Assembly (NCBI GenBank): GCA_049724395.1
Contig: JAUGWO010000062.1
Coordinates: 124,001 to 188,000 of the forward strand
Source of the DNA: Spongospora subterranea f. sp. subterranea
Lineage: Eukaryota
Length of the DNA stretch: 64,000 nt
Reading direction: 5' to 3'
Position numbers and translations under genes: made by a program. Shown here piece by piece: positions 14,166 through 27,136 of this stretch. The notes under the pieces are model-generated. The model searched no databases. It saw nothing but the letters and a program-made list of their open reading frames with translations, and was not told the DNA's origin. Position 1 is the first letter of the stretch; the number at the start of each line of letters is the position of its first letter.

Positions 14166-15926
14166 CGCTGGCAATGGCCAACGCCCGATGGCACGAGAGC
14201 CAATCTGACAACCTCACCACGCATTCCTTGATTCACTCAGATGGGTTTGACTCCAAATATCGCCACCGGAAATTTTTGAACATCTCAATAATTTGTCAAT
14301 AATCCTATGTTGATTGTTTTTCAAAGGAGTTGGTATTTTGATATGAATATTGTTTCTGGCCCCGGTAGTTGGCGGTCATTTCTGGTATTCATCAGATGAG
14401 CAACGACGCAGCAGCGACATCTGCAAAATTCGGGATAAGGACCTCCCTCGATCGTATTGAACGATAGCACCCTGGCAGTCGCTGCTGACGGTTTAGCGTC
14501 CCAATGCAATGTCGATCTCTATTGTTTCGCGTTTGGGGGAGGTCGGCATTGCATCCGAGACATTTGATCGAAGAACCGTCAGCGATAGATGCCAGTGTGT
14601 TACCTTCCAATTCCAATACGATGAAGGGCCAGTTGCTCTTCCCGATTTGACGACTTTCTGCTAAACGGATTAGCGTCGCCGACCCTGGGGAGACCGCCTT
14701 ACATAGGCGGAAATCAGAACAGGCCAAAGTTAGACAGTCTGAGGTCATTGATTACGAAATTAGTTCAACGGTCGCTCCAAAAAACAGTCGCAAGTTCCGC
14801 TGCAATCTGCTCCAGCTGCCCATGTTCTTGTCAACATTGACCATCAACCAGCCCGTCGCGCCATTGTCTGCCCCGGAGTGAATTGAGTCGACACCGACCA
14901 GGTGCAATTGAATCAATTGTACGGGTATTGAGCGATGATTGAAAAAAAATTGGTAATCAAGGACTGTCGGAATTTCGAACCTGGACCAAAAAAGCATTAC
15001 CAACTGGAACAATTGGGATAGTACGTTGCAACTGTTTGGGTTTGAAACCTGGCTGGACACCACAAAATTAACATCATACAGTATTCAATGGTATGGTGTT
15101 CGTAGAATCGTCCGTCGACAGGATTAAAGCCAGATACAAGTCGCCCTGTGTGATGAGAACAATATCCCCCGATCAACAACGAGTAATCGGGGGTTTTAGT
15201 GATTTCAACCAGGTTGGCGAAATTACAGGGACGGTATTTTCGATAACTCAATCTGAACAGTCACTTTCCTCTCTTTACGCAGAGGAGATTGCAGAACGGA
15301 ATCACCAAGCGCCGTAGTGCAATCCTTCGGAAAAAGGACGGCCCCTGACGAACAAAGGGGCCGAGCTGGCAGGATCGGAGTCAGAGTGGAGCTAGATCCA
15401 TCCGGCGGCAGCCTGTTCCAGATTACCGGTTCGCTGTCGATGAATTCTTGGTTATTTATCCATTCATGCGAGAGAAACCTCGGGAAGGTACAACCTCATT
15501 CCTGTCGTTGAATCCTGCTCCGATGCTTTTCTCAGGTTTGGAAGTTACTGGATCATCGATTCAACGCACAATACGACAGCATATGGATTCAACCCGATCG
15601 CTATAATCGTGAGTTGATAAAGCGACCAATAACGGTTATCCGACATGTTACTGCGTCTCGTCCAAAGAGAATCGCCAACGCTATGAATGTATTGCGCCAC
15701 ATGGCGTACACGAAACTCGGTCATGGTGAGGTTAAAAGCCAGTGTGCTAGAACAGATTAGAGCCCGTTTGGATGCCACGGATCCGGGATTTTGCAAAATT
15801 CGTTCTTCGCAAGATTCTGGTAATTCATTTTTTGCTCGTTCATGTCATTTTGAGCCATTATGGAGCGACTGTTTGCCAGATATCAAGAAAGTTTTGCCGT
15901 TCCCCAGACGGTTCCCCCACACAACA

Positions 15927-16193
15927 ATGACGCCATCGGAGAACCATCTCAGGGCCGTATGCGATGCAACTAAGAACCAGTTCCTAGTCGCGCAGCTGCA
16001 GGCCCAGGCTGATATGGGCAAGCGCGCCGGTAGAGGGTTCAAGAAAGAAGCCTGGGCGGCCGTAACGGTACCGTTCAACAAAGCAATTCAAATGCAGTCT
16101 ACTTCCGGGGAAGATCAAGTCCCGTTTGGATGCTTTGAAGAAAGACTTCAAGGATTTCACATACTTGAAAACATTTCAGGTTTCGGGTGGGAT
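15927..16193 (+). mobile_element. Decayed Myb/SANT-like ORF of the PIF/Harbinger ORF1 type
   Basis: GKRAGRGFKKEAW...FN then, after correcting two compensating frameshifts, KIKSRLDALKKDFKDFTYLKNISGFGWD. Truncated immediately after GWD by an inverted fragment. Confidence 0.75.
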
Positions 16194-16380
16194 ACGAATC
16201 CCAATGTCGAGTTCTCGAACAATTGCTTGGACACTCTCTTGGAGACCTTGTTGAACCTCCAGAGTAATTGTGTTCCTCGATATTTCGTGCAACGAACTCT
16301 TGATCGACAATTTCCTTCCGCTCCGTCGCTAGAATTTTCTTGTCGAGTAGCTGATGTTGCTGTATGGCTCTGGCTATCGT
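16194..16380 (-). repeat. Inverted, internally deleted copy of 16651-16912
   Basis: Reverse complement shares ACGATAGCCAGAGCC, CGACAAGAAAATTCTAGCGACGGAGCGGAAGGAAATTG, ATTACTCTGGAGGTTCAAC and GTGTCCAAGCAATTGTTC with the plus-strand segment. Confidence 0.92.
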
Positions 16381-16518
16381 CAAGATGGGAGGTGGAGTGA
16401 TGGACACAGGAGAACCATATTGGGATGCCCGGGTAGTTGGAACTGCATGTCGTATGGCTCACGTCGACGAACCGGCGTTGGTAAGCGATGTCGCTACAAC
16501 CCACGCTCCTCTAGTACA

Positions 16519-17002
16519 ATGGCGATGGTCGATTTAAGAGAGATTGATGCCATTATATCTCAACTTTCGGATCTGATGCCTGGCAGAATTGCGCATAGGG
16601 ACGCGTTTACAACGGTCATCCAATACGCGGTCGTAGAACCTTTCAAGCGTACGATAGCCAGAGCCACATAAGCTATTCGACAAGAAAATTCTAGCGACGG
16701 AGCGGAAGGAAATTGCCGAGCACATTGTTCGTGGCGTCAAGAGTTCGTTGCCCGAAATATGCCTGGAAATAACGCGCACGTTAAATGTCGACGGTCGCAA
16801 GGCTATCGAAGAAGGTTTGCAAAGAGCGGGCAGCACGATTACTCTGGAGGTTCAACCCGGTCTTCAAGAACGTGTCCAAGCAATTGTTCAAGAACTCGAC
16901 AATGGGATTCGTGATTTGATAGCCATTATCCACATGGGGATCCAGAAGCTAGACCCTAACTATTTTGCACCTGTCGGGTTACAATACTGTGTTAACTTAT
17001 GA
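16519..17002 (+). pseudogene. Frameshifted ORF of an unknown, probably multicopy, helical protein
   Basis: MAMVDLREIDAIISQL...TIARA, then a frameshift (8 nt missing relative to the inverted copy) into FDKKILATERKEIAEHIVRG...LDPNYFAPV. Confidence 0.55.
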
Positions 17003-17080
17003 AACATCCTCCCTCCGTTTCAAAGTAAACTGATCGATAGGGATGGCAGCATCTCAGGCTTGTTCTCCTTATCTGAAATA

Positions 17081-17131
17081 GATGGTTATGAAATCAGGCT
17101 CTTCTGTCCGCCAGCAAACAGTCCAGATTAA
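17081..17131 (+). mobile_element. Tiny Tc1/mariner transposase remnant
   Basis: Translates DGYEIRLFCPPANSPD*, resembling EGWNIDLVCQPPNSPDF of the mariner ORF at 61546-61962. Confidence 0.55.
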
Positions 17132-18246
17132 CACTATCACTTTATTGATAGATACGAGAACAAGTTTGCAAGATTGAACATCATATTTCTAGCCCTTGTA
17201 ACTGTTTCTTATAGGCAGGTAGCGTCGGCAAAATATTCACATTGAGAAAGCGCAAGTCCAGAAATGAAGGCCAGTCGAAATCCGAACGTTGTAGTGGTTA
17301 ACGATCCCAGGCGACACAGTTTTGGAAGTTAAACGCAGGACACACGGCCGAACAAGTCGTGAAATGGAAGCGAGGCACCCCAGCGAGTGCCAAGATCAGC
17401 CCATACATTGTTTTCACCCGAAACTGATTTAATTAGTTGAGATTGCCATCCAAATTCAGACGCAATCGGTGGACTTCATCCAAAAAGTGTCGATTAAGGA
17501 AAAACTTTTACACTCTCAGGATTATAGAGACAAACTAGATTTCGGTGGTCTGTAAAATATTCGAAAAGAATGCTTTCCAGTACAAAGTAGATAATCAAAG
17601 CACCGAACCGCGTACTGGACTGGGATTTTCTTGTCGGGAACCGACCAATTTACAGGCGATCTTTCGAAAGCACTACTACAAAAGCTAGCGGCTGGTGATG
17701 TTGTTTTCAACTGGTACTGTAAATGAAAATTGCAGTAGATCTCTGGCTGTTTGGGGAAACCCAAAATTTGACAGAGCTTGGATACGACACAGAATCTGGA
17801 GAGATCCCTTTTCCAGAATATATTTGTCCACACCGGAGAGCTTCACAGATAAAGAAGGGACACTTCGATTTACTCAGCGTCAGGCATAAAGTGAGGAACT
17901 GTCAGATGAGAATCCCGAGAGACCTCGTCCAGCCAGGTTAGTACTAGTTGATTATTCCCCTTTGACATGCACAAACACCATGGCAGTTTCCTTGACAGAC
18001 TTTGGTCGGGGTGTATACTCCAAATGGCGCCATGAAACTTTGGCAGTTTAGATCACCTTCGACAGGAAACTGCCAGTACCCTTTGAAACAATCCAAAGCC
18101 AAGACACCCAAAAGACTGTAAATGAGGCATTGGAAAATAGAATTTTACCATTGGTCTGTTCGCGGGAACCATATCAATAAGCTGTAGGTGATCAAAAAGT
18201 GCAAAGTCCCGTCCAGCCGCTCAGCAATGACTACATGTCCAGCTGA

Positions 18247-18545
18247 CGCATATATATCTGCGCAACAGACTCATGCATACCATTGCGCAGTATGTTCGTG
18301 TCGCATATTTATCTGCGTAACAGGCTCATTTGCGCAGTATGTTCGGGTCGCATATTTATCTGCTCATTTGCGCAGTATGTTCGTGTCGCATATTTATCTG
18401 CGCAACAGGCTCATTTGCGCAGTATGTTCGTGTCGCATATTTATCTGCGCAACAGGCTCATTTGCGCAGTATGTTCGTGTCGCATATTTATCTGCGCAAC
18501 AGGCTCATTTGCGCAGTATGTTCGTGTCGCATCTTTATCTGCGCG
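18247..18545. repeat. 47-bp tandem repeat, about 6 copies plus a partial
   Basis: Unit TTTGCGCAGTATGTTCGTGTCGCATATTTATCTGCGCAACAGGCTCA at about 18282, 18329 (9 nt shorter), 18367, 18414, 18461 and 18508. Confidence 0.95.
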
Positions 18546-18597
18546 CAGTGTCATGTAGCCCTGAACCTGTTCTATCGAGTTCATTCGTTGATCGATC

Positions 18598-19622
18598 ATG
18601 TATCGGGTCCTTCTCTTCTATTCGTATTCTCCAGTGGAAGACGCGGGAGGCCATCGCGATTGGCAACAGAATGTCTGCACGCGCCTCAAACTGCATGGGC
18701 GGATCCGCGTCGCCAGCCAAGGCATCAACGGAACTGTCAGCGGGACCGAAAATCACATCGAGGAGTATATGCGCCAGGTGGACGCGACGGCTCTGTTCCC
18801 ATCTATGCAATGGAAGACGTCAATTTCCCCAAACGGTCATTGCTTTTCTTCGCTACGAGTCGACCTTCGTTCAACTGTAATCGACTGGTTCACTCCTTTT
18901 GTGCTGATATTTTTGATAATATTTTCCAATAGATAGTTAATCTGGGCGTTGACATCAAGTTCAATCCAGGAAAATATATGAACCCGATCGAATTTCACTG
19001 CGCCATTAAAAATTCCTCACGTGAAGACACACTGATTTTGGATTGTCGTAATAGCTATGAGTGGCAAATCGGCAGGTTTCAAGGCTCATATCGACCGCAC
19101 GGAAGGCAATTCACAGACTGGCCTAGCCAGATCGACGACATGATCGCCCGAGAATGTTTCACCGGCAAACGGGTGCTGATGTACTGTACAGGAGGAATTC
19201 GTTGTGAATTGGGCTCATCATATCTCAAATCTCGTGGAGTCAACGATGTCGCACAGTTAGAGGGTGGAATTCATGTACTGAAACCATCACATTGTATTTG
19301 CATTGCTTTTTAAAATAACGGACCTTAGGAATATCTGATGGCATTTCCTGACGGAGGCTATTTCCAGGGCAAAAATTTCGTTTTTGACGAACGAATCGCG
19401 CTGCCATCCGCAAATCCTTTGGTTGTTGGACGATGTCATATCTGCACAAGTGCTTTTGATGATTATTCACCGCGACGGCGCTGCATGCATTGCAGAATTC
19501 TGTTGCTCGTTTGCAACGAGTGCGCCGAATCGCACCCGTCCATGATCGATTGTGATAGGTCGTGCTCACACAGCCAAGCGAAATCAGATTGTAGGCAATC
19601 CAACAGAATTGTAAGCTGTTAA
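18598..19622 (+). CDS. UPF0176/TSTD2 (TrhO/YceA-like) rhodanese-domain protein, 3 exons
   Basis: VLLFYSY...GRIRVASQGINGTVSG, LDCRNSYEWQIGRF, MYCTGGIRCE, QLEGGIH.YL and FQGKNFVFDER, followed by a C-terminal Cys cluster. Confidence 0.9.
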
Positions 19623-19757
19623 ATTAATGTAAATTACATTTATACATATCGTAGTTAAACATGGGAAACAGTTTGTTAAATCTTCTTGTTTAGCAAATGC
19701 GTCTTCGTCCTCCGTATATCCATCATGTCTGATGCATCGATGCAATACCCGCAGACA

Positions 19758-20857
19758 TTACACGGCTGGGTTTCTATGCAAATATGGAAGCATTGATACA
19801 TGTGTTGCGATCTTGTCCTGTTGGTGTCGTCCTGTAGAACCGGCATTGACGTTTACAATTTTTGGCGTCGGCAGTTCATCATATGAGAGTTCTCGAGCCC
19901 CAATCACCTCAACACCCGTTGAATTCTCTTTTGTCACGAGATCAATAACATGTTTCAGCGATGTTTTGGAGTGAATTTGCTTCATCGATGATACGTTATC
20001 TCGACATTCTTTTACCAAATCTTCTAATTTTTCTTTATCATCGCTCTCCATCTCCCGAGGAACAGGCACATCAACGCCCTCTACGACCGGCAATGCATCC
20101 GCTTTGAGGAAAGGTTAATTGATGTCGCAACAGCATCGCTTTCCCATAGGGCCTGTCTTCTGGCTTTAGCGGCTTCCGTATCAGATGAGAATCCGTGCCC
20201 TTCGATTATGGCAACGCGCTGTTTGACGCTCCGCACCAGCTGTTGCATCTCCAGATCCTGAAGGTATGTGGCTAGATTTAGATTGTTCGCAAACTCCATT
20301 AACTGTTCAATATCTTTTCTTTTGGCGCTTTCTCCCTCTTCTTCCGTCATTGACCACGCTGGTTTCGTTGCCGCCACTTTAGCGGCCATGTCCCTTTTCA
20401 GTTCTGACAATGGTGCTGAAAACAGCCTTTCCGCCTCTCTTTCCGTCAATTCACTGTTCTCTCCTTTAACAGCTTCACAAATTCGTCTTCTCACATACGC
20501 TGAACGCTCCTTGAAATTTTTCAGGCGAATTTGTTCATGGGTTTTCTCCTTCTCTTTCCTTTGTTCCTGTTTGAGCCGTTCATATCGAAGCTCATCCAGC
20601 CATCTCCTGTGCTTTTTAACGGCGGGCAACATGCTGTGTCGTTTTCGATGCAGTTCCATCGCCGGATTTCTGACCGGTAGATACCCTACCTTATCGCTAA
20701 CGTGGCCGCCCGAGATGAACGCGGGTGGACGATCGGCCTGCGCCGCCAGCCCCGTTGTCGGGCGCATGGATAGCATGACGCCCTTGTAGATGACCTGGGC
20801 GCTAGATGCCGATGGTGCTCGCATCGGCGGATCTGACATCATCACACCCTGCGTCAT
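19758..20857 (-). CDS. Conserved-looking hypothetical coiled-coil protein ending LPYLHRNPAV
   Basis: Two overlapping ORFs (KPAWSMTEEE, LMEFANNLNLATYLQDLE; KQIHSKTS, LPYLHRNPAV*) that join through a frame change at about 20103-20105. Confidence 0.7.
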
Positions 20858-21267
20858 GGCTGCTTGGAACCCCTCGGATTGAACACTGCCCTATAGTCAG
20901 GTACACGGGATCGATTTGCAATCTTCATTTCATCTGCAGTCTCCATTGAAATCTGGTTTCACAGTATCACCCGTCAATATTGCTTGTTTCCCACGTCTGA
21001 GTGGTTCTACCTATTTTTCATCAGCTCGCAAATTGTTTCAAAATCGTTTGCAGTTCACTTGTGCATTTTTTTGTTTGTTGCTTTTGAACAAATACTACTA
21101 ATAGAAATGAATCTCGGAACACCAGGGGTCTGATCAATTACTGTTCAGCCACGAGGACAACCGCTCAACATGCTCGGACATGATGACATGCTGCTCGTTG
21201 CAATCACGGGTTCTATTGTCTCTCAAATGAGAGCTGTTTATCAGCAGGAACGGGCGAGTTATTCCGT

Positions 21268-21999
21268 TTATTCCTTAACCGCACCCATATTCACTTTACC
21301 CTCTGGAAACTCTACATCACCACCTACTAGCACCCGAGACCCGACGAGCGACTCTACTAGTGTAGCAGGGAAGGACTTAGTCTTAACATCAGTGAAGATA
21401 GCGCCGTGTACTGGGTTACAACATCCCGTCAGGCATGAACTAATAATTCTAGTTAGTGTCGACTTTCCAGTACCGCCCTCTCCCACCAGCAATACCAACT
21501 TATGCTCCTGAACGGGATCCAGCAATGCGTTGCCCAGAATCCACCGAAACGTGCGTGCGTCTAGTTCATCCTCGGACACGCGGTTGATGTGACGCTCCAC
21601 TTGTGTCTCTTTGCTGATGACACAGTACTGTGGCGTGACAGATAGGGATGTGGGTGACACAGCAACGGTCGAGATAGAGGGAGATGTGCAACCGATGCAC
21701 TGGACAATGGCCGAGATCCCCCTAAATCTCACTAGGGCGGGTAGCCCTGAGTCCGAAGGATCAGTTTCGGGCACGTATCTCCAATCTCCCATACAGAAGC
21801 TCTGCGGAACTGAAATGGTGGGTTCAGCACCGCGATGGAGCATCCTGATGAATCTGCTCATGGACTTGGCCCAGTTGACTGGAGCATTGAGATCCAAGAT
21901 ACTCCTTACTACTTCGCCGCCTTCTGTTGGTAAACCGGGACTGCAGTCAATTCCTGATTCCTTTTTTCGTTGATTTTGTTGCCTTCTAACCGACCCAGT
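21268..21999 (-). mobile_element. Truncated D5/P4-like superfamily-3 helicase (primase-helicase) fragment, probable endogenous DNA-virus or Polinton-like remnant
   Basis: Intronless open frame with KLVLLVGEGGTGKSTLTRII (Walker A), SLVGSRVLVGGD (Walker B-like) and KVNMGAVKE*, breaking where D5 helicases continue (L/I)TGGD. Confidence 0.75.
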
Positions 22000-23388
22000 T
22001 TATCTGCCTATCGAATGTGACATTCTTGGAGCTGTCCCAGTGAATCGTCGATTACTCCTCGGAACCGATCCATTCGTAGTGTTGGAAATCCACAACTCGT
22101 TCAATTTAAAAATAGTATTTGATCATCATCGTTTTGCCATCGGGAATAAGCAGATTTTGATCGAGAACAATGGAACGCATCCGAACAGGCTAATCACCTA
22201 TTAGAAGTCAAGAAGCTCCTACAACACCGATGAAGGACAGCAACAGCCGATGTCCATTTGCTGATATTTTTTCTAGCAAGCGACGCAACAACTGAAACGC
22301 CATTTCGCCCCAAATCGAATGTTTCTCAGATGTGCTGGAGTACCATACATTTGCGCGCTAGAGCTCCCTTGATTGCTGTCTCCATTGCTGCTTTCGTTGA
22401 GACATTCGATGATTTTCCGGAGCGAAACAGCGTTCAGTTTTTGTGTCGTTTGCTAGAGGACGTACGCACGGAAATGGCAGGTGTACATCAGCAGATCGTT
22501 CAACTCATAATACTGTGAAATTCAATGAAATATCATCATGGGGTTTATAATTCCATTGACATCGTGGGTCGTTCTTACAATATCCAGTGAGGATACCAGA
22601 CGTGGTCCATATTCGATCAGACAATTGCGATCGGCAAATTTGTATCTGCATTGTGACCAGATTATCGCTTTCATATAACCAGCTTTCACTAGATTTTTTG
22701 TTATTCGACGATCAATAGTCGACCGCATTCGTATTTTTGTTGTCCAGTGATTTCCAGCTACTTTTACTAGTCTCTGGTTTATTCGTTGTTTGTAGTTATT
22801 CGATATTGGTTTCCTGAACGGTTTCATAATCCGATGGTCGTTTGATCGTGAACTGTTCCGAAACAACTATAGTGATATCTAAGAAAGTTTATTTGATCAC
22901 CAACCTGTTCCACGTTGGCTTGTGCGCGAACGGACCAGACGGGACCCCGACCCGAAAACGAACAGAAACCGGTGACTAAAACCGATTTTTTTCGAAATTG
23001 GGGAGAAGGCGGGCACTGAAGGGCCACGGTTTGCGAGAGTTGTATTGAGCCGCCGATGGGTGATAAGTTAGGAACCATTCTCAGTTTGTGCATAGGTCGT
23101 CGGTGACGTCAAGTAGACCAGATGGGTAAGACCGGATCTGATATTGGGCGAACGGTGAATGTACCTGAACCGGTTTACCGTTGGCAACTTCCAATTTTGC
23201 TGTATGAGTGAACAATTGCGCCCCGAAACACTCAAGAAATCATTGATTTACATTTGGATTTCACTGGCCAGTGCCCACACAGTTTGACATGGCCCTTGGA
23301 CAACGAAAATCATTATTGGTGGGGACGTTATCGTGATGCCCTACAGTGGTGGTGATCCACAGAAAGAGAATATGACTTGTTATTCCGT

Positions 23389-24528
23389 TTATTGTGAATA
23401 ATATCTAGAAAGTAGATCATCATCAGAATCCCGAGTCGGTATAATTACTAGTTCGTGTAACGGTGTAGGAGAGGGGTGGATCTTATCGCCACCCTCATCG
23501 CCACCGCTCTCGCCCTCGGAGCTATACCCGGACGAGCCCGTATTCGTCGCCATGGGGTCGGCGACTCGACCGTGACTCCCCACCTGGAAACCCAATCGTT
23601 GAGATCGTAGTCCAATCAACGAGAAAACGTTCGTGTGCCCCAAACCATGTGCCTCGTCAATCGCCCTGGGGTCGTGAACCGCTTCGGACAGAGGTGGCAA
23701 TCGGTCGGGCCCACCGGCTGCAGCGACGGAATGTACGCCGTCCCATGAATACTGGTCATATGGCGGTTCAACCGGCCAACGGTCGTGAACGATTTACTGC
23801 AGATGTCGCACTGCGATGGCTGCCGCTCGTGGACCAGGGAGTGGATCTTCAGTTTGCTCCGGCAGATGAACCCTTTCCCGCAGAGCGAACACTCGAAGGG
23901 CCTCGAGCCGGAATGGACGCGTTCGTGGGTTGTCAACTATTCCGGTCGGATTAGAATTCGGAAAACGGATTTCCATTAACGGTGGGGCGATACTTACGGT
24001 GTGCTTCTGAAAAGGAAGTCAATATCAGTTCGGGATTTGTTGAAAACAATTGGGAGGGACGAACCTGAGTGAACGCTTTATCACAGGTCTGACACTGAAA
24101 TGGGCGCTGGCCCGAATGAGTTAACAAATGGGATTTCAGGTTCCCTTTGGTCGATGACGATTTCCCTGCGTTGGAGTGTTAGGGATATGGGGTTTGGCAT
24201 TGAACAACTGGGGTCAACCGCATATTGGGCAAAGGTGCCCGGCGCTTGGGAGATGGATCTTCTCGTGAACTCGCACCGACCCTTTCTGGCTGAACTCTTT
24301 ACCGCATATCGAGCAACGATATTCGTTGAACGTGTTGTGCCTGGCCTCGTGATTAGCCAGGTTGGCTTTATGGGTAAACCTGCGGGCGCAGATCGAGCAG
24401 CAATGCGGTTTCGTGTCGGTGATCTCCTGATTCTTCGACGGGTTGGTCCGATTGGGCGCCGGTCGAGGTCCTTGCATGGCGGCGTAGTGGGCCAATGTCA
24501 TCATGGAGGATGCTTCGTCGTCAGCCAT
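23389..24528 (-). CDS. Multi-C2H2 zinc-finger protein (about 7 fingers), multi-exon with a 9-nt microexon
   Basis: [92 protein letters not shown] and others. Confidence 0.9.
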
Positions 24529-25427
24529 AGCAATACACCAGATGGGCACAACGGCTACCAGCAGATCATGAATTTCTCACAAATGATCAGGCTTCGTTAA
24601 TGATCCAGATTTTCTAGGTTCGTGGGGTACATATATGTATACCCTAGAACCAGGATTGGACCAGCTAATTCCAGAATCTCTGGTGTGCCCGAAAAAACGT
24701 ACTTCTGAAAAAACCAATGGTACAGCGATCACCAGGTTCTCACACCAGTCCATCGACTACCGACCCGACCAAACGGGAATATGTAGTCATAATACAGGAC
24801 AATCAAATCAGGTTGTCACTCGGAATCCCAAGGTTCGGAGCGGCAATGGCGTTGCTCCTCATATTGATAGTGCAGTGCCCCATATAATAACTCGTGGAGC
24901 CAGCCAACGTATCGTATCCCGACTCATAGCAGTCGGATCAAGTCGACTGCTGGCAGTCCACGCAGGAATACAGTCGACCCGACACGTCCCGAGTTGTGCC
25001 GGCTGGTGCACTCCCGCGACCCAGTGGTGATTCCCAGCTTGCTCTCGAATCAATCCATGCCGTCGATTACGTCGGAAAAAAATTTACCAAACCTCTTTGC
25101 TTACTGATGAGGAAGATGTGTTTTTCCTGGACGGACTGCTGAGCTTCAACAGTGATAAACCTGAGATTTAGGCGGGTAGTGCCCCCTGGACTGTGGGCCA
25201 AGTCGGAACAACCCGACGGCCGACAGTGGTGCTTGAGTGCGATAATGTATATACAAGCGAGTGCGGGTGGGCCTGGCGTTGCCCGCCGAACCACTCTTTG
25301 CCGGTGGTGCCCGTGGTGGTGTAGCCTTGGTGGCCGGCAGCAGGTCGTTGTGTGTACTACTGTAGCCAGCAACCGGTCCAGCCAGCCAACGGTGGGTCTG
25401 ATTGGCCTAATTACGCCGTCTTAATAC

Positions 25428-27074
25428 ATGGCGGAGCCGACGAGCGATACATGGGAGATCGCGCCCGATGCCGAGGGAAGCCCTTCACACAAAAGAATAA
25501 AACGTGAACCAGGGCCTAAGAACGAGTCAGAAACAATAGCGTCTGTATTTGTTCAACTCGAGAAATTGGTAATTTTTCAAGTTTCAACGTTGGCATTGTG
25601 AATTTTATAGAGTTCTGAGTAGGTATATGAGAATTTTTCACATCAGGAGTGGTCCAAAGGGGTTCTGGCCAAACTCCATTCCTCTGACGATTCGGATCGA
25701 TCGGTGGCTACGTTGATGAAACTCATCAAGTCGGCGTTATCAGGGTCAGCAACGTCCTTGACCAAGAAAGACAAGCAGTGCGCCAAGCTTTTGGAGAAAA
25801 TACAATCACTTGAAGCCAAGTCCGTTCCCGTTTATTGTTTCCCAAATCTGTTTTAATAACGACCGAACATATTAGGTTGTCGAAAAAAAATGTTCACGTG
25901 GACGCAATGGAAAAAATGGAAACGGCAAAACGCGCTCAGGAAATGGCCATTGGTAGCGCTGAGAAAGAGACGCTGCTGGTAAAAATTGAAGGAATTTCGA
26001 TGATCAAGCCTTGGGGAAAGTTTGACGTGTCGTTGTATCCGTCAGCAATGGTCCTTCAGGGTAAGAAGAACGAAATCTATCACGTTCTGATCAGCGATAT
26101 CGAGAACGTGATCGCGGTCTCCGTCCCGACGTCGAAAGATGAAGCCATCGTTCTGCCCCTGCTTCACTCGCTGACGATCGGCAAAACGGTTCACGACGTA
26201 ATCGCATTCAAATTCAAACCGAAAGATACGCTCCCCGACTCTGTAGTAAACTCAATCACATCGCCGTTCAAGGGCAAATCAGTGGAGGAATTCCGCGCCA
26301 TATGCAGGTCAGGTTCGTCTGCATCCGAATCAACAGCACAACTGCTCGCGTTTGTGTCAAACCATGACACCGTTGAAAGGTTTGTTATCACGTTGTGGTG
26401 CCGATTGCGCGCTCTGAGAATTTCTGTTGCTGTTGTTGCACTTAGGAGTGACGAATCATTGTTCAAAAGCGCATCGCCGGCCCGTACGTGCATCATTTGT
26501 CATTGTAAAGCCTCGCACGGGGTGCTGTTCCCGCTGAAAAGCGGCCTGCTTTTCGGCCTGAAACCGTTGATATGGCTTCGGAGGTCTCAGATCGACAAAA
26601 CAGACTTCATACGGTCGTCGCGGTATTTCGAGTTGATCGTCTTCATGCAAGGCACCGGGCAAACGCACAGCTTCGAAATGATTGAAATTGACGAGCAACC
26701 GTCAATTGGGGCGATATCTGTCTGTTCAGAAATTCGGTGAAGGGGGACGGAAACAAGAATCCGTTCCAAACGGGAAAAATGAAATCCACAGTGTTCGTTT
26801 GGTTTGCTTTCGCAATTGTTGATCGCCCATTGAATAGTGTGGTCAGGAGGAGGACGACGAAAATTCATCGGTTGACAGTGACTACACCGTTAATTCTGGG
26901 ATTTCATCGGTCCCTGAAGATTATGATTCGGAACTGGAGGAGAGTGAGGATGACGATGATACGGACGATCCCGACGATGACGAGACTGAAGCAGACGAGG
27001 ACGCCGCTGAGGGCGATCCGGACGACAACGGTTTGCATTCGTTCGCTGTCGTCGTGGATTCGGATACTGAATGA
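25428..27074 (+). CDS. Rtt106/SSRP1-like double-PH histone chaperone with acidic tail, multi-exon
   Basis: ISMIKPWGKFDV and CHCKASHGVLFPLKSGLLFGLKPLIW...RYFELIV...HSFEMIE, followed by a D/E-rich tail ending VDSDTE* at 27074. Confidence 0.75.
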
Positions 27075-27136
27075 GCACCTCGGTATTGTACATTTTATAA
27101 TCATAATCATAATATCGCTTTAATATATTTTAAATT

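Noticed and set aside
18188..18932. Three overlapping ORFs with a 47-aa periodic sequence
   Set aside because: Artefact of a stop-free 47-bp repeat read in all frames; the real gene starts at ATG 18598.
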